A stretch of DNA of 64,000 nt, from assembly GCF_001194135.2 (NCBI RefSeq), contig NC_069002.1, positions 17,391,174 through 17,455,173 of the forward strand. The letters are read 5' to 3'. This stretch comes from Octopus bimaculoides. Taxonomy: Eukaryota. Below are positions 13,020-26,719 of this stretch, piece after piece. Both the position numbers and the translations under genes were made by a program. Every line of letters begins with the position of its first letter. The first letter of the stretch is position 1. Under the pieces are notes generated by a model that did not search any database, was not told the DNA's origin, and was given only the letters and a program-made list of their open reading frames with translations.

Positions 13020-16000
13020 ACAATAATAATAATCCTTTCTACTATAGGCACAAGGCCTGGATTTTTGTGGGAAGGGGGACAATCGATCACATCAACACCA
13101 GTACTTGACTGGTACTTAACTTATAGACCCCAAAAGAATGAAAGGCAAATACGACCTTGGTGGAATTTGAATTCAGAATATAAAGGGCCAGACCAAATGC
13201 CACAAAGCAACTTGTCTTGCACTCTAATGATTTTCTCAGCTTGAGGTGATGAAACTAGAATACTTGATTTTTGTCTACCTCCAGCAGTAGACTGGTCCTT
13301 TATTTCATTGACCTCAGAGAGAGACACAAGGCCTGAATTTGTGGGAAGAGGGTTAATCAAATTGACCCAGTACTTGGCTGGTACTTACTTTTATCAACCC
13401 CAGGAAAATTAATACCAACTTGACATTTTGGCAGAATTTGAATTCAGAATATTAGAGGCCATAATAAAATATTACAAAACATTTTATCAGAGATTCTTAG
13501 AATTCTGCAAATAATGTTACCATCATCATAGTAATAATAATGATAATAATCCTTTCTACTATAGGCACATGGCCTGAAATTTTGGGAGGGAAGGGACTAG
13601 TCAATTACATCAACCCAGTGTGTAACTGGTACTTATTTCATCGACCCTAAAAGGATGAAAGGTAAGGCTGACCTTGATGGAATTTGAATTCAGAGCAAAA
13701 GGATGGACAAAATGCTGCTCAGCATGCTAACGATTCAGCCAGTTCACAACCTTAATAATAATAATAATAATGATAATAATAATGATGATGATGGTGATGA
13801 TGATTTTGGCACAGGGCCAGCAATTTTTAGGGGGAGGAGTTTTGTCAATTATATCAACCCCAGTGCTCAACTGGTACTTAGTTTATCAACCACAAAAAAT
13901 GAAAAACAAAGCTGACTTCAGCTGAATTTGAACTGAGAGCTTAAAGAATTAGAAGAAATGTTTCTAATGATTTTGTCCAACAACTTAACAATTCTGCCAG
14001 TAACAATAATAATAATAATCTCTTATTGAAATAAGGACAACATGTGAGAGGGTGCATAGAGAGCTGGTTAGAAATTGGGTAAATGGGAGGAAAAACCCCC
14101 AAAAAAGGTAATGATTTCTTTGAATTGCCTCAAGAACAATAAGGATAATTATGATTTCTAATTTAGGTAGATTGTTAGAAATTTGGCAGTGAAGAATAGT
14201 TGACAGTGTGGACCTCAAAAGTTGACTGGTACTTTATTTCATCAACACCAGAAAAATGAAAGGTAATGTTGATCTTGGTGTGATTTGAACTCAGAATGTA
14301 AAGTGCCAGAATAACTCAAAGCATTTCATTCAATACTGTAATGACTACTACTATTAATAATAATAATGATGATGATGATGATGATTTCAAATTTTGGCGC
14401 AAGGCCAGCAATTTCAGGAAAGGGAGTAAGTTGATTACATCGACACTGGTACTTATTTTATCGACTTACCCTGAAATGATGAAAAGCAAGGTTAGCCTCA
14501 GCAGAATTTGAACTCATATATAAAGATAGACAAAATGCTGCTAATGATTCTGCTAGTTTGCCACCTTTAAATAATAATAATAATAATAATAATAATGGTT
14601 TCGAATTTTGTTATGAGGCCAGCAGTTTTGGGGGAGGGGCTAAGTTAAATTGACCCCAATGGTCAACTGCTACTTATTTTATCAACCCTAAAAGGATGAC
14701 AGGCAAAGTTGAACCCGGTCAAGTTTGAACTCAGAATGTAAAAACGGGCAAAATGTCATTAAGCATTTCGTAGGACTTGCTAATGATTCTGCCAGCTTGC
14801 CACCTTAATAATANNNNNNNNNNNNNNNNNNNNNNNNNNNNNNNNNNNNNNNNNNNNNNNNNNNNNNNNNNNNNNNNNNNNNNNNNNNNNNNNNNNNNNN
14901 NNNNNNNNNNNNNNNNNNNNNNNNNNNNNNNNNNNNNNNNNNNNNNNNNNNNNNNNNNNNNNNNNNNNNNNNNNNNNNNNNNNNNNNNNNNNNNNNNNNN
15001 NNNNNNNNNNNNNNNNNNNNNNNNNNNNNNNNNNNNNNNNNNNNNNNNNNNNNNNNNNNNNNNNNNNNNNNNNNNNNNNNNNNNNNNNNNNNNNNNNNNN
15101 NNNNNNNNNNNNNNNNNNNNNNNNNNNNNNNNNNNNNNNNNNNNNNNNNNNNNNNNNNNNNNNNNNNNNNNNNNNNNNNNNNNNNNNNNNNNNNNNNNNN
15201 NNNNNNNNNNNNNNNNNNNNNNNNNNNNNNNNNNNNNNNNNNNNNNNNNNNNNNNNNNNNNNNNNNNNNNNNNNNNNNNNNNNNNNNNNNNNNNNNNNNN
15301 NNNNNNNNNNNNNNNNNNNNNNNNNNNNNNNNNNNNNNNNNNNNNNNNNNNNNNNNNNNNNNNNNNNNNNNNNNNNNNNNNNNNNNNNNNNNNNNNNNNN
15401 NNNNNNNNNNNNNNNNNNNNNNNNNNNNNNNNNNNNNNNNNNNNNNNNNNNNNNNNNNNNNNNNNNNNNNNNNNNNNNNNNNNNNNNNNNNNNNNNNNNN
15501 NNNNNNNNNNNNNNNNNNNNNNNNNNNNNNNNNNNNNNNNNNNNNNNNNNNNNNNNNNNNNNNNNNNNNNNNNNNNNNNNNNNNNNNNNNNNNNNNNNNN
15601 NNNNNNNNNNNNNNNNNNNNNNNNNNNNNNNNNNNNNNNNNNNNNNNNNNNNNNNNNNNNNNNNNNNNNNNNNNNNNNNNNNNNNNNNNNNNNNNNNNNN
15701 NNNNNNNNNNNNNNNNNNNNGCACCACACACACATCCTTCGTAAAACACTTTCAATACAGTGAAAATAAGGACACCACAACAAACCACAGCACATACCCA
15801 AGGCACACAGAGCTGTGCTCGGTAGTGCAGTGAAAGCACGTAATAATGACTATTGAATAATAATAATAATAATAATAATATATATAACATACAGAAAATT
15901 GCACTACTGGGCACTGCACACATCCTACGCAAAACACTTTCAATACAGTAACCATAAGAGCATCACAGCAAACCACAGCACATACCCAAGGCGCACAGAG

Positions 16001-17681
16001 CTGCGCTCGGTAGTGAAGTGAAAGCACGTTATAAAAATAAAACTACTGAACAACAATAATAATAATAATAATAATCCATTCTACTATAGACGTAAGGCCT
16101 GAAACTTTGTTGGTAAGGGGCTAGTCGATTAAACCAATCCCAGTGTTCAACTAGTATTTAATTCATCAACCCTGAATGGATGAAAGGCAAAGTCGAACTT
16201 GACAGAATTTGAACTCAGAATGTAAATACAGAAGAAATGCTGCTATGCATTTTGTCCAGCATGCTAACAATTCCACCAGCTCACCACCCTGTTATTAATA
16301 ACAATAATATATTCAAATTTAGGCACACAGCCAGCAATTGTGAGGGAAAGGAGTCAGTCAATACCACCAGCACCCCACTTCTCTGAATATTTGAGAGGTA
16401 CTTTATTTTCTCAATCCGGGTAAAAGAGAAAGTGAATCTGACCTCGGCAGGCTTGAACTCAAAACACTGAGAACCAGAACAGACACCACAGAGCGTTTAT
16501 TCTGACGCTCAAACAATTTTGCCAGCTTCCTGCTTTCACCCTTTAGCATTTAAAACCAGCCATATCCAGCCGAAATATTCTACCTGTTTTATGTTCAAAG
16601 AGGCCAGATGTGGTTTCTCACACCAACCCTACAATGTCGTTCTAAAAATTAACAGTTATGTCATCAAAATCTCATGACTACGAAATAATACATGATTAGT
16701 TCAAAACATTGTGAACGGATAAGCATTACTTTTTACAGAATAATGCAAATGCTAAAGGGTTGATCCGGCCATATCCAACCTGAATATTCTACTTATTGTA
16801 TGTCAAAACTGACCAGATCCAACTTCTCACACCTACTCTACAATGTGATTCTAAAAATATACAAACACATCATTGAAATCTTAAAGCTACAAGATAGTGT
16901 ATGATTAATTCAAAACAAAAATAAATAAATAAGCAATACATTTGACAAAGAAATCTGAACGCTAAAGGGTTAGAGGTTTAGTTGATTCCATTGACGTTAA
17001 TGTCTGACTGAGTCTGTATTTTATTGATCTCAAAAGGATGGAGGGCAAAGTTGACTTTGGCAGGATTTGAACTCAGAACATAAAATGCCAAAGCAAATAC
17101 TATAAAGTATTTTTTATGACGCTCTCATGGTTTTGCCAGCTCACTGCCATAATAGTAATAATCTTAGTTTAATTATCTTCATTACATCAAATCAAGTGAA
17201 CAAATATAAAGGGTACAATATAGTAGTTCAATTTAAATAGAAAACAGTAACTGACTGCTGCTTATTTTATTGACCCCTGAATGCTACTACTATTACTACT
17301 ACTACTACTACTACTACTACTGGTAATAATAATAATGGTTTCAAAATTTGGCATGAGGCTTGTAATTGGGGCGGGGCATGCGACTTAGTCAATTACATCA
17401 CCCCAGTATTTGATGGGTACTTTATTTTATTGACTCCGAAAAGATGAAAGGCAATAATAATAATAATAATCCTTTCTACAATAGGCACAAGGCCTGAAAT
17501 TTGGGGGAGGGGATTAATTGATTACATCGACCCCAGTGTATCAGTGGTACTTAATTTATTGTCCCCGAAAGGATGAAAGGCAAAGTCACCCTCCCCAGAA
17601 TTTGAACTCAGAATGTAAAGAGTCTGAAGAAATAAATGCCACAAAGCATTTTAAACTGGCGTGTTGTGATTCTGTCAGTTT

Positions 17682-17716
<35 letters not shown>

Positions 17717-17880
17717 GGCCAGCTCAGGATTCAACTGGTACTTATTTTATTGACGCTGAAATGATGAATGGCAAAGTCAACCTTGGCGGAATTTGAACTC
17801 AGAACACGAAGACAGACAAAATACCGCTAAGCATTCTGCCCGGCGTGCTAACAATTCTACTGGCTTGCCGCGTTAATACT
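13020..17880 (-). mobile_element. Dense array of more than 10 minus-strand family A SINE copies separated by (AAT)n/(GAT)n tracts
   Basis: Recurring AATAATCCTTTCTACT...CTGGTACTTATTTTATCGACCCC...GAATTTGAACTCAGAA units; includes the 907-N gap at 14814-15720. Confidence 0.85.
15721..16075 (+). mobile_element. Two tandem 3' ends of an R4/Dong-like RLE LINE, each ending in (AAT)n
   Basis: 15892-15951 encodes QKIALLGTAHILRKTLSIQ-stop, typical of an R4/Dong C-terminus. A second copy (HILRKTLSIQ) starts at 15721; both share a ~110-nt 3'UTR and AAT tail. Confidence 0.75.
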
Positions 17881-19444
17881 AATACTAATAATGATTTCTA
17901 TTGTTAGGACCCAACTCAATGTCAAGGGACAAAATACAATACAGAAAACATGGGGGCTTAGAGGAATCAAAAGGAAATCAACAATAAGGATATAACAAGA
18001 GATATAAAAATATAATGATAATTCCATAAACTAGCATCACCATTTTAATTGTTATGTAATGTTATGACGTATAGTTCAATATCACCACATAACAGAGATA
18101 TTGAAGTATTCAATGTGTTACGTCATATATAACCATATACACACTTGATGTGTCTGGAGGTGTGAATATGTCTGTGTAGTAGTAGAGAGGGAGGGAGAGG
18201 AGACTGATAATCACAATGAATATCATTGTAATGTACCCTGGCTGTCTACTCTAGTGAAATAACATGTGATATGCTGTTATTTATAGCTTATAACAGATTG
18301 TTCATAGAACCTATCACATCTCTGATATGTGAGTGTGCATATATATATATATATATATATACATATATATATGTATGTGTGTGTTTTTTAAATATGTGCA
18401 TATTATATTGGTTATATTTAATTTATATATATATATATTATTTGAATATATGTAGTATTATATTAAATGTTATATAGATATGTATATATAGATATAGTAT
18501 AGGCACAGGCATGGCTGCACAACACTGCAACACTATGAGCTACTATCTACTATAGCCCCGGCCTGACCAATGCCTTGTAAGGGATTTTGATACATGAAAA
18601 CTGAAAGAAGCCCATCTTATATATATATATATATATATATATACATACATACACACACATGCACATACACATGTGTGTACATTTGTATGTGTGCATCTTT
18701 GTAAATGTTTTCGCTGAGGTATGGCTACAAATGGTGACGTCACTATTTTCATTTCTACTACAGGTAGTGGTGTTACCATTTGCGACTGGGTTTGCAATTG
18801 GTGATATTTTGGACATTTACCTCTGTGTTGTCAAATCCTTTGCTTGAAATTCAGCCATAAAAATTCTGCCTCAAATACTTCCCTCTCTAATCCATGTTAG
18901 CTTAATATAATATAACATATATATTATATTAATATGATATAATATATATATTATATTAATATGATATAACATATATATTATATAAATGTATATAGGTGCA
19001 GTGTGGCTGTCTAGTAAGAAGCTTGCTTCTCAATCAAATGATACCAGGTTCAGTCCCACTATGTGGCACCTTGAGCAAGTGTCTTCTACTAACCAAAACT
19101 TTGTGAGTGGATTTAGTTGATGGAAACTGAGTAAAGCCTATTGTATACATGTGTGTGTGTGCATATGTGAATTTTATATGTGTGTGAATGTGTGGATTTA
19201 TGTGTTATATATACATTCATATATATATATATATATATAATATAGCTTTCATGTAACATCATCATCATCATCATCATTTAATGTTTGCTTTCCTTGCTGG
19301 CATGGATCAGACGGTTTGACATGGAGCTGGCCAGGCTCCAATTGTCTGTTGCTACATGGTTTCTAAGGCTGGATGTCCTCCCTAATGCCAGCCACTTAAC
19401 AGAGTATGCTGGGTGCTTTTTATGTGCCACTGGCACATGTATAC

Positions 19445-19485
<41 letters not shown>

Positions 19486-20883
19486 GTCGTCATCATCATC
19501 ATCAGAATCATGTTAGCAACCACTTTTCCATGCTTGCATGGGTCAGACACAGTTTAAGGTGGATTTTCTACGCCTGATTGCTCTTTCAACTATTACCTGT
19601 TTATAAGCAATGTAAAGTTTCCCGAGAGCAACCATAAATGTTTTCACAGAATATTGAATATGATTGACCTTTGTATGACAGCGACACTCAGTTATGATTG
19701 ACAGCACATGGTGCTAGAGAAGACCTGAACACTTGTATGGTCAAATGCACTATAAAATTTGGGTAATAATGGAGGTTGAGATATATAATAGACATCTGCA
19801 CACACTCACACTTACACACAACAGGCTTCTTTCAGTTTCTGCTTACCAAATCCACTCACAAGGCTTTTATTGGGTGAGGTCTATAGTAGAAGACACTTGT
19901 CTAAGATCTCACACAGTGAGATTGAATCCAAAACTTCTCACCCACAAAACCATGTCTGCACCTATATATATATATATATATATAGGCACAGGTGTGGCTG
20001 TGTGGTAAGAAGTGTGCTTTCCAACCACATGGTTCCAGGTTTAGTCCCACCTTAGGCAAGTGTCATCTGCTATAGCTTCAGGTTGACCAAAGCCTTGTGA
20101 GTAGATTTTGCAGATAGAAACTGAAAGAAGCTCATCATATATATACCTATGTGTGTGTGTGTCTGTGTTTGACCCCCACCATCCCTTCCATTGCTTGACA
20201 ACCAATGCTGGTGTGTTTACATCCCTGTAACATAGCAGTTCAGTAAAAAAGACCGATAGAATAAGTACTAGACTTACAAAGAATAAGTCTTGGAATCAAT
20301 TTCTTTGACTAAAACCCTTTAAGGCAGTGCTCCAGCATGGCCACAGTCAAATGACTGAAACAAGTAAAAGAATATACATACATACATATACACACCACAC
20401 ATACGTATACACACTACACATACATATATATATATTATAAATGTGATGTATTTTCAGTGACTGTCCTTGATAGACAGCTTGCTTCCTGTCTTAAAATAGC
20501 TGGCAAAATAGGCTGTACTCCAATAGTTCTAGTGAAACAGCTGCAAGTAATGTACTTTGTTAAGAGTGCATGGCTCAGTGGTTAGAGCGTTGAGCTCACA
20601 ATCATGAGGTAATGAGTTCGATTCCTGGACCAAGCTGTGTTGTGTTCTGGAACAAGACACTTTATTTCGTGTTGCTCCAGTTCACTCAGCTGTAGAAATG
20701 AGCTGTGACATCACTGGTACCAAGCTGTATTAGCCTTTGCCTCTCCTTTGGATAACATTGGTGGCTTGGAGAGGAAAGGCCGGTATGCATGGGTGACTGC
20801 AGACTTGTGCCTTGGAGGGGAACTTTCTAAGTGCAATCCCCTGGTCATTCATGACTGAAAATGATCTTTATCTTTTACCTAAC

Positions 20884-21990
20884 CATTGTCGACTTGAAGA
20901 AAGCTTTTAACTCTGTAATCTGGTGTTTATTGAGGAAGATTGAGAAAGATGAATGGATGTATGGCTGTTGAGGGCCATTTAAGCTTTGTACAATTGTATA
21001 GTGAGCAAAATAAAAGTCAGCAACAAATTTAACATGCAAGATGTTCATCAAGGCTTAGGGTACCCGCTGCCCTGTCATGTTTATCATAATCCTCCAAGCT
21101 ATAGTTGAAGATTGGACTGTCCATGGGAACTTCCATATACTGATGATGTAATTCTAGTTAGAGCAGAATCTGTAAAAGATTTGAAGAACTTTCAGACATG
21201 GAAGCAAAACTTAGAATTGAAAGGTGTAAAATTTAATCTTTTATATTTTACTTGTTTCAGTCATTAGACTGTAGCTATGCTGGAGCACCACCTTGGAGAA
21301 TTTTTAGTCAAATGAATCGACCACAGTACTTTTTTTTTCTAAACTTGGTACTTATTCTGTTGGTCTCTTAGGCTGACCCGTTAAGTCATGGGGGTGTAAA
21401 CATACCAACAGTGGTTGACAAGTGGTGGTTGGGGACAAACACACACACATATATATGATGGGTTTCTTTCAGTTTCTGCCTGCCAAATCCACATGCAAGG
21501 CTTTGGTCAGCCCAAGGTCAAGGTTAATGAATAGGCAAGAGAAGTAACAGATGTAGATTCAGCAGGTTACAAAATTGGTGAAAGGCACAGATGCAGATAT
21601 CTATCAAATATCCCAGCCACCATCATTACCCAAATTTTATCATGCACTTCATTATTCATGCACAGAAGAAACCTGCCTGAGATGCCATGCAGTGGGACTG
21701 AACCTGGAACTATGTGGTTGGGAAACAGGGTAAGCCACGCTTGCACCTAATTTAAGTAAAGTTATAGTGAGCAGGAAACGAGACAGGTTCCTGATAACTG
21801 AGAAATAGCTGTGCATGATATGCATAGGAGTTGCATGTGATGTGCCAATGGGTACATAAGGTGCAGTGGTGATCACAAGCTGCCCAACAGAGAAGGAAGA
21901 TTATATGTAGCACAGGCATGCACCAAGGATGAAGTGGTGAAGACCAATCTCAAGATATTACATCTCAGAAAAGAGATGACAAAAACCATA
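20884..21990 (+). mobile_element. Decayed RTE-type RT fragment split by a family B SINE (21236-21750)
   Basis: VDLKKAFNSV, HQG, (Y)TDDV and WKQNLELKG motifs. The fragment resumes after the SINE with KVIVSRK; AATTTAA is duplicated around the SINE. Confidence 0.7.
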
Positions 21991-24713
21991 GTGATTGGTA
22001 GTATACAATACTGGAGAGAACCTGACCGCTTGTGCATAAATAATGAAGTGCATGATAAAATTTGGGTAATGATGGTGGCTGGGATATTTGATAGCTATCT
22101 GCATCTGTGCCTTTCACCAATTTTGTAACCTGCTGAATCTACATCTGTTACTTCTCTTGCCTATTCATTACCCTTTCATCTGTCTCTGCCTCTCTTGTAC
22201 ATGGCACCATGTAACCCATGCAGTAATCTTTCAGTCTTTTACTAGTTTCAGTCATTAGACTATGGCCATGCAGGGGCACCACCTTGAAAAGTTTTTAGTC
22301 AGATGAATTGGCCCCAGTACTGTTTTCTTTCAGTGTCTTTTACTGAAACGTTAAGTTATGGGGACATAAACACACCAACACTGGTTGTCAAATACACACA
22401 TAGATATATATCTGATGGGCTTCTTTCAGTTTCCATCTACCAAATCCATTCACAAGACTTTGGTTGGCCTGAGGCTATCATAAAAGACACTTGCCCAAGG
22501 TTCCACACAGTGGGACTGAACCCATAACCATGTGGTTGAGGAGCAAGCTTCTTACAATAGAAGACTTCACATTAGTTTATAAGCAATCCCCACCACCACC
22601 ACCACCACCCTTCTTTATTTCCCTCTCTTTGTCTTAGCCATCATGCTGCCTGAGTAAAAAGAGCTTGCATGGGATCTGTTGGTATCCGATACACCCCACT
22701 ATGTACTCTTGGGTCACACCTTGATTCAGGGATGTTGCTCCCCTACCTTTGCTATCTCAACTACCAATCACCCCTAGTTTCCCTTACCAGCAAACTTCTA
22801 GTCATCACCAGCCTCTCTTTCTTCTCAGTTCTCTTTTTATTGACATCAATCGAACACCCTTCCCTTCAGCCATTTCCTTGACAGTCTATACACACGCACG
22901 TGTGTGTATATTTGTGTGTAATTAATTGAAGAAATTAAGCTAGTCTTTAATTCTATAATTCTCTTTACTAAGAGTCTACTGTTTCATATCTTAGCACAAC
23001 AGTCGACTGTCTCTGTTAGTCTTTTACTATGTACCATCATCATCATCATCACCATTGGTCTCTGGCTGTTTCAGTTAAGCTCTTTTATAGAATATCTATC
23101 GAGTTGACCTTGTGCTGTTGATTGACCCTGAAAAAGCAGATCAAAGACTTTCCAACCATGATCAAAGGCTTTTTAGCTAAGATTTTCTCTTTGTGCGCAG
23201 ACACGCATTTGTGAATTTATGTGTGTGTGTGCATACACGCACGCACGTGCATGTATATGAATGTATGTGTGCTTGTATGCATGTATGTGAGGGTTTTCTC
23301 CAGATTACCCTTCCCAGTTTGTTGTTTTCTTTGAAAATGATAAGATATGGTTAGGGGTAGATTTGGCTGCTATTTCTAGCAGATCGTGTAATCATGTTGA
23401 GCTCCTTTTGTTGACTTGACTTTATTGTTGTTGTTAAGCCTCTTTTTACTTTTCCACATCATGACTTTTGTGATATTTGTGAAAGGCGATGGTAAAGTCG
23501 ACATTCCATCTTTATCTCCAGTATTAATAATACCCATCATCAGTAACAGCAGCATCATCCAATGTCTGCTTTCCATGCTGGGTTGGACGGCTTGACAGGA
23601 GCTGCCAAGTCCAGGGATCACACCAAATTCCATAATCTGTTTTTTGGCTTGGTTTCTACGGCTCGATGCCCTTCTTAATGCCAACCACTTTATAAAGTGT
23701 ACTGGGTGCTTTTTACATGGCACCATCACAATGATATCAATGATTTAACGATGCTGTTATTGTGGTATATACAATGGTTTGTGGCCTAGTTGTTAGGGTG
23801 TTTGACTCATAAAGTCATAATATCATAAGATCAATTCCTGGACCAGGCTGTGGGCTGTGTCCTTGAGCAAGGCACTTCATTCCATGTTACTTCATCCTAC
23901 TCAGCTGTAAATGAGTACCAGTCAAGTACAGATACAAACCCCTCTCCCTGTCCAACTGCCACATCATTAATGTTCTTCTGGGTCACTGGTGGGAGTGCCA
24001 AGAGGATAAGGGTATCTCTGTTCACAACTATATATGTAGATACCTAAAGCAATTAGCAAAGGCCTGGTACAAAGTACCAAAGACAGATTCTTGTATTAGT
24101 GATTCTGAACATTTTTTTGTTGTTGCTGTTGTTATGTACTGTTCATCATATTCCTCTGTGGTTATTGTTGTGATGTATGTCTTGTGTAATGCTTTATATA
24201 ATGTTTACAATGCTGCTACTGCTGTTGTGACAATTCATCTAATGATGTAATATCTGTTGTTTTTTCGTTCTGCTGTTATTGTTGCCATTGTGAAGTCCTT
24301 CTCTTGTGTAACGGTGCTGCTATTGTGATGTCTGCTGGAGACTCTGATATTGTTGTAACATATCTCTCAAAGATATTACCATTGTTCTTTTCGTCACTAA
24401 TTAGTAACACTGTACAATTTGTCAACCTCGTTCTGTTATTACATCTCTTTCCAGAATTCATTATTTCTCTTTCTATGTCAGATGTAATAACGTACTCTGG
24501 CCTGTTATCTTTTTCTCTCCTGGTCATTCTTTTGTCTTTATCTCATCTCATCTACTCATTCCCATGACTAGGAGAAAGTTTCTCTCATACTGCTCTTGGT
24601 GATTCCAATCTCCCTCGCTCTCACACACACACACACACCTCTTATGCTTATTCTGATTTTTCTCCTTTTTATCTTTATTGGTTATTCTGATGTCTTTCAT
24701 GTCTTCCCTGGTG

Positions 24714-24748
<35 letters not shown>

Positions 24749-25475
24749 CACACACACACACACACACACACGTTGCAATCAGTCCTTCTGATCTCTTTCT
24801 CTCATTTCCCTCGTGGTCCTTCTGATATCTTCTCATTTACGTCTCTCTCTGGTTTATTTTGATGTCCTTCTCTTATTTCTATCCTCATCATTTCTGATCT
24901 GTCTCCCTCTCACTTGTTCTATTTACTGTAGTTGCAATCGCTTTCTCCCTCCCCCCCTCTCTCTCAAATTATAAACACTTACTTTTCATAACAAATCCAA
25001 TCAAGAGGTTCAGTTTCAATCCTGAGCTAGAACTACTTCAATTACATTGTTAAACATTGTAAGAGATTATATGAAAGCTTTGACGTCTCATTGCCTGTGT
25101 TGTTATTTCCACCTTATAGGAGAAATACTGTAATGGTTTAGCTGATATATCATTATGTAATGCTCTCCCCCTTCTCCTGCCATATTGTTACGACATCTCA
25201 TACACCCGTCTCCTCATTGCGGTAGCATCATCTCCTCCTCCTCATTCAATCTTCATCTTATTGTGATACAGTTTTATCTCTTTCATACCTTCATTTTACT
25301 ATTTTACAAGCATCCATGCGTGCATGCATATTTATACATGTTTGTGTGTGTATATATCTTTTATCTTTTACTTGTTCTAGACATTACGCCGTGGCCATGC
25401 TGGGGCCACCACCTCAAAGTAAATTAGTCGAACTTATTGACCCCAGCACTTATTTTCTTTTTAAGACTAGTATTT

Positions 25476-26045
25476 ACAAGGTTGTATCAAAAAGTTTCCC
25501 GACTAGTTCTGTAGCGTGCCAACAGATGGCAGCACACAGTTGTGAGCGCAGTGAGAGCTAGCAATAACCTTCATGAGGCAGTTTACTCTTTCAGGTAAAG
25601 AGTAAAATGGGGATTTTTACATTATTATGTCTTTTCCCAGTGGTACTAGTGTTTATGTACCTTTACCTCAATGAAAGTGAATTGGAATAACTGTGAGACA
25701 GGACAGAAACTGAAACAAGAAAGGTATAATAACAAGTTGTAAAATTTGTGGTTTTATGATCATGTGTATGCTGTAGTCTGCAATTTTGTCAAGGACAGGA
25801 ACAAAGAACCAACATGAAATTTTGCATTAAACTTGGGAAGTCTGCTACAAAGACATTGAGCATGCTTCGGCAACGCAATGGGTCGTATGCAATGTTTCGA
25901 GTGGTACAGGTGCTTCAAAAGCAGAAGAATTTCCCTGGAAGACAAACAATCTTGATGACCTGCCATGAGCATCATCCCCAGAAATGTGGTGTTGTGCATT
26001 GAGAATTCATCCCCCAGGGCCAGACCATCAATCAAGAATTCTACT
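25476..26045 (+). mobile_element. Mariner 5' end and deleted transposase remnant
   Basis: TACAAGGTTGTATCAAAAAGTTTCC TIR-like end; EQRTNMKFCIKLGKSATKTLSMLRQ and later EFIPQGQTINQEFY. Confidence 0.75.
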
Positions 26046-26122
26046 TAAAACAAAATAAAAAAAACAATTGTAGCTATTGCATCTCTCTCACTTGATGCTA
26101 ACACCTGTCTCTGTTTAATTTT

Positions 26123-26290
26123 TAGCATACCCCTCTCTATTCATTTGTTAGTATACACCTCTCTATTCAGTTGTTAGTATAGCCCTTCTCTATTCAGTTG
26201 TTAGTATACCCCTCTTTGTTCAATTGTTAGTATACACCTCTCTATTCAGTTATTAGTATACCCCTTTCTATAACTTCAGTTGTTAATATT
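26123..26290. repeat. 26-bp minisatellite, ~6 copies
   Basis: Consensus TAGTATACCCCTCTCTATTCAGTTGT. Confidence 0.85.
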
Positions 26291-26475
26291 CCCCAATCTT
26301 TCTTTTGTTTTGTCTTTCACTCGCATTTTTCTAGCATTTACTTTTATACACATACCTGTACATGCACACTTATGTACACACACACACACACACACACACT
26401 CTATGTTGTTATACCTTTCTTGTTCCAGTTTATGTCCTATGTCACAGTTACTCCAATTCACTTTCATTGAGGTAA

Positions 26476-26719
26476 CAAGTAGGGTAAAGGCCCTCTTCGG
26501 TCATGAATGACCATGGGATTGCACCTAGAAATTTCCCCTCGCAGGCACAAGTCTCCCATGCATACCAGTGACATTACAACTCATTTCTACAGCTGAGTGA
26601 ACAAGAGCAACGTAAAATAAAGTGTCTTGCTCAAGGACACAACACACAGCCTGGCCCAGGAATCGAACTCACAACCTCATGATTGCGAGCCCAACTCTCA
26701 AACCACTGAGCCATGCACC
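26476..26719 (-). mobile_element. Internally deleted family C SINE with 13-bp TSD
   Basis: TSD TTCATTGAGGTAA at 26463-26475 and 26720-26732. Confidence 0.85.

Noticed and set aside
14731-15932. 317-375 aa ORFs on both strands
   Set aside because: Almost entirely N gap translated as X; the same applies to ORFs over the gaps at 580-864, 55535-55634, 60534-60682 and 62524-62742.
13020-17880. CRISPR-like repeat-spacer array
   Set aside because: Eukaryotic context; units are ~200-bp diverged SINEs with irregular spacing and no cas genes.
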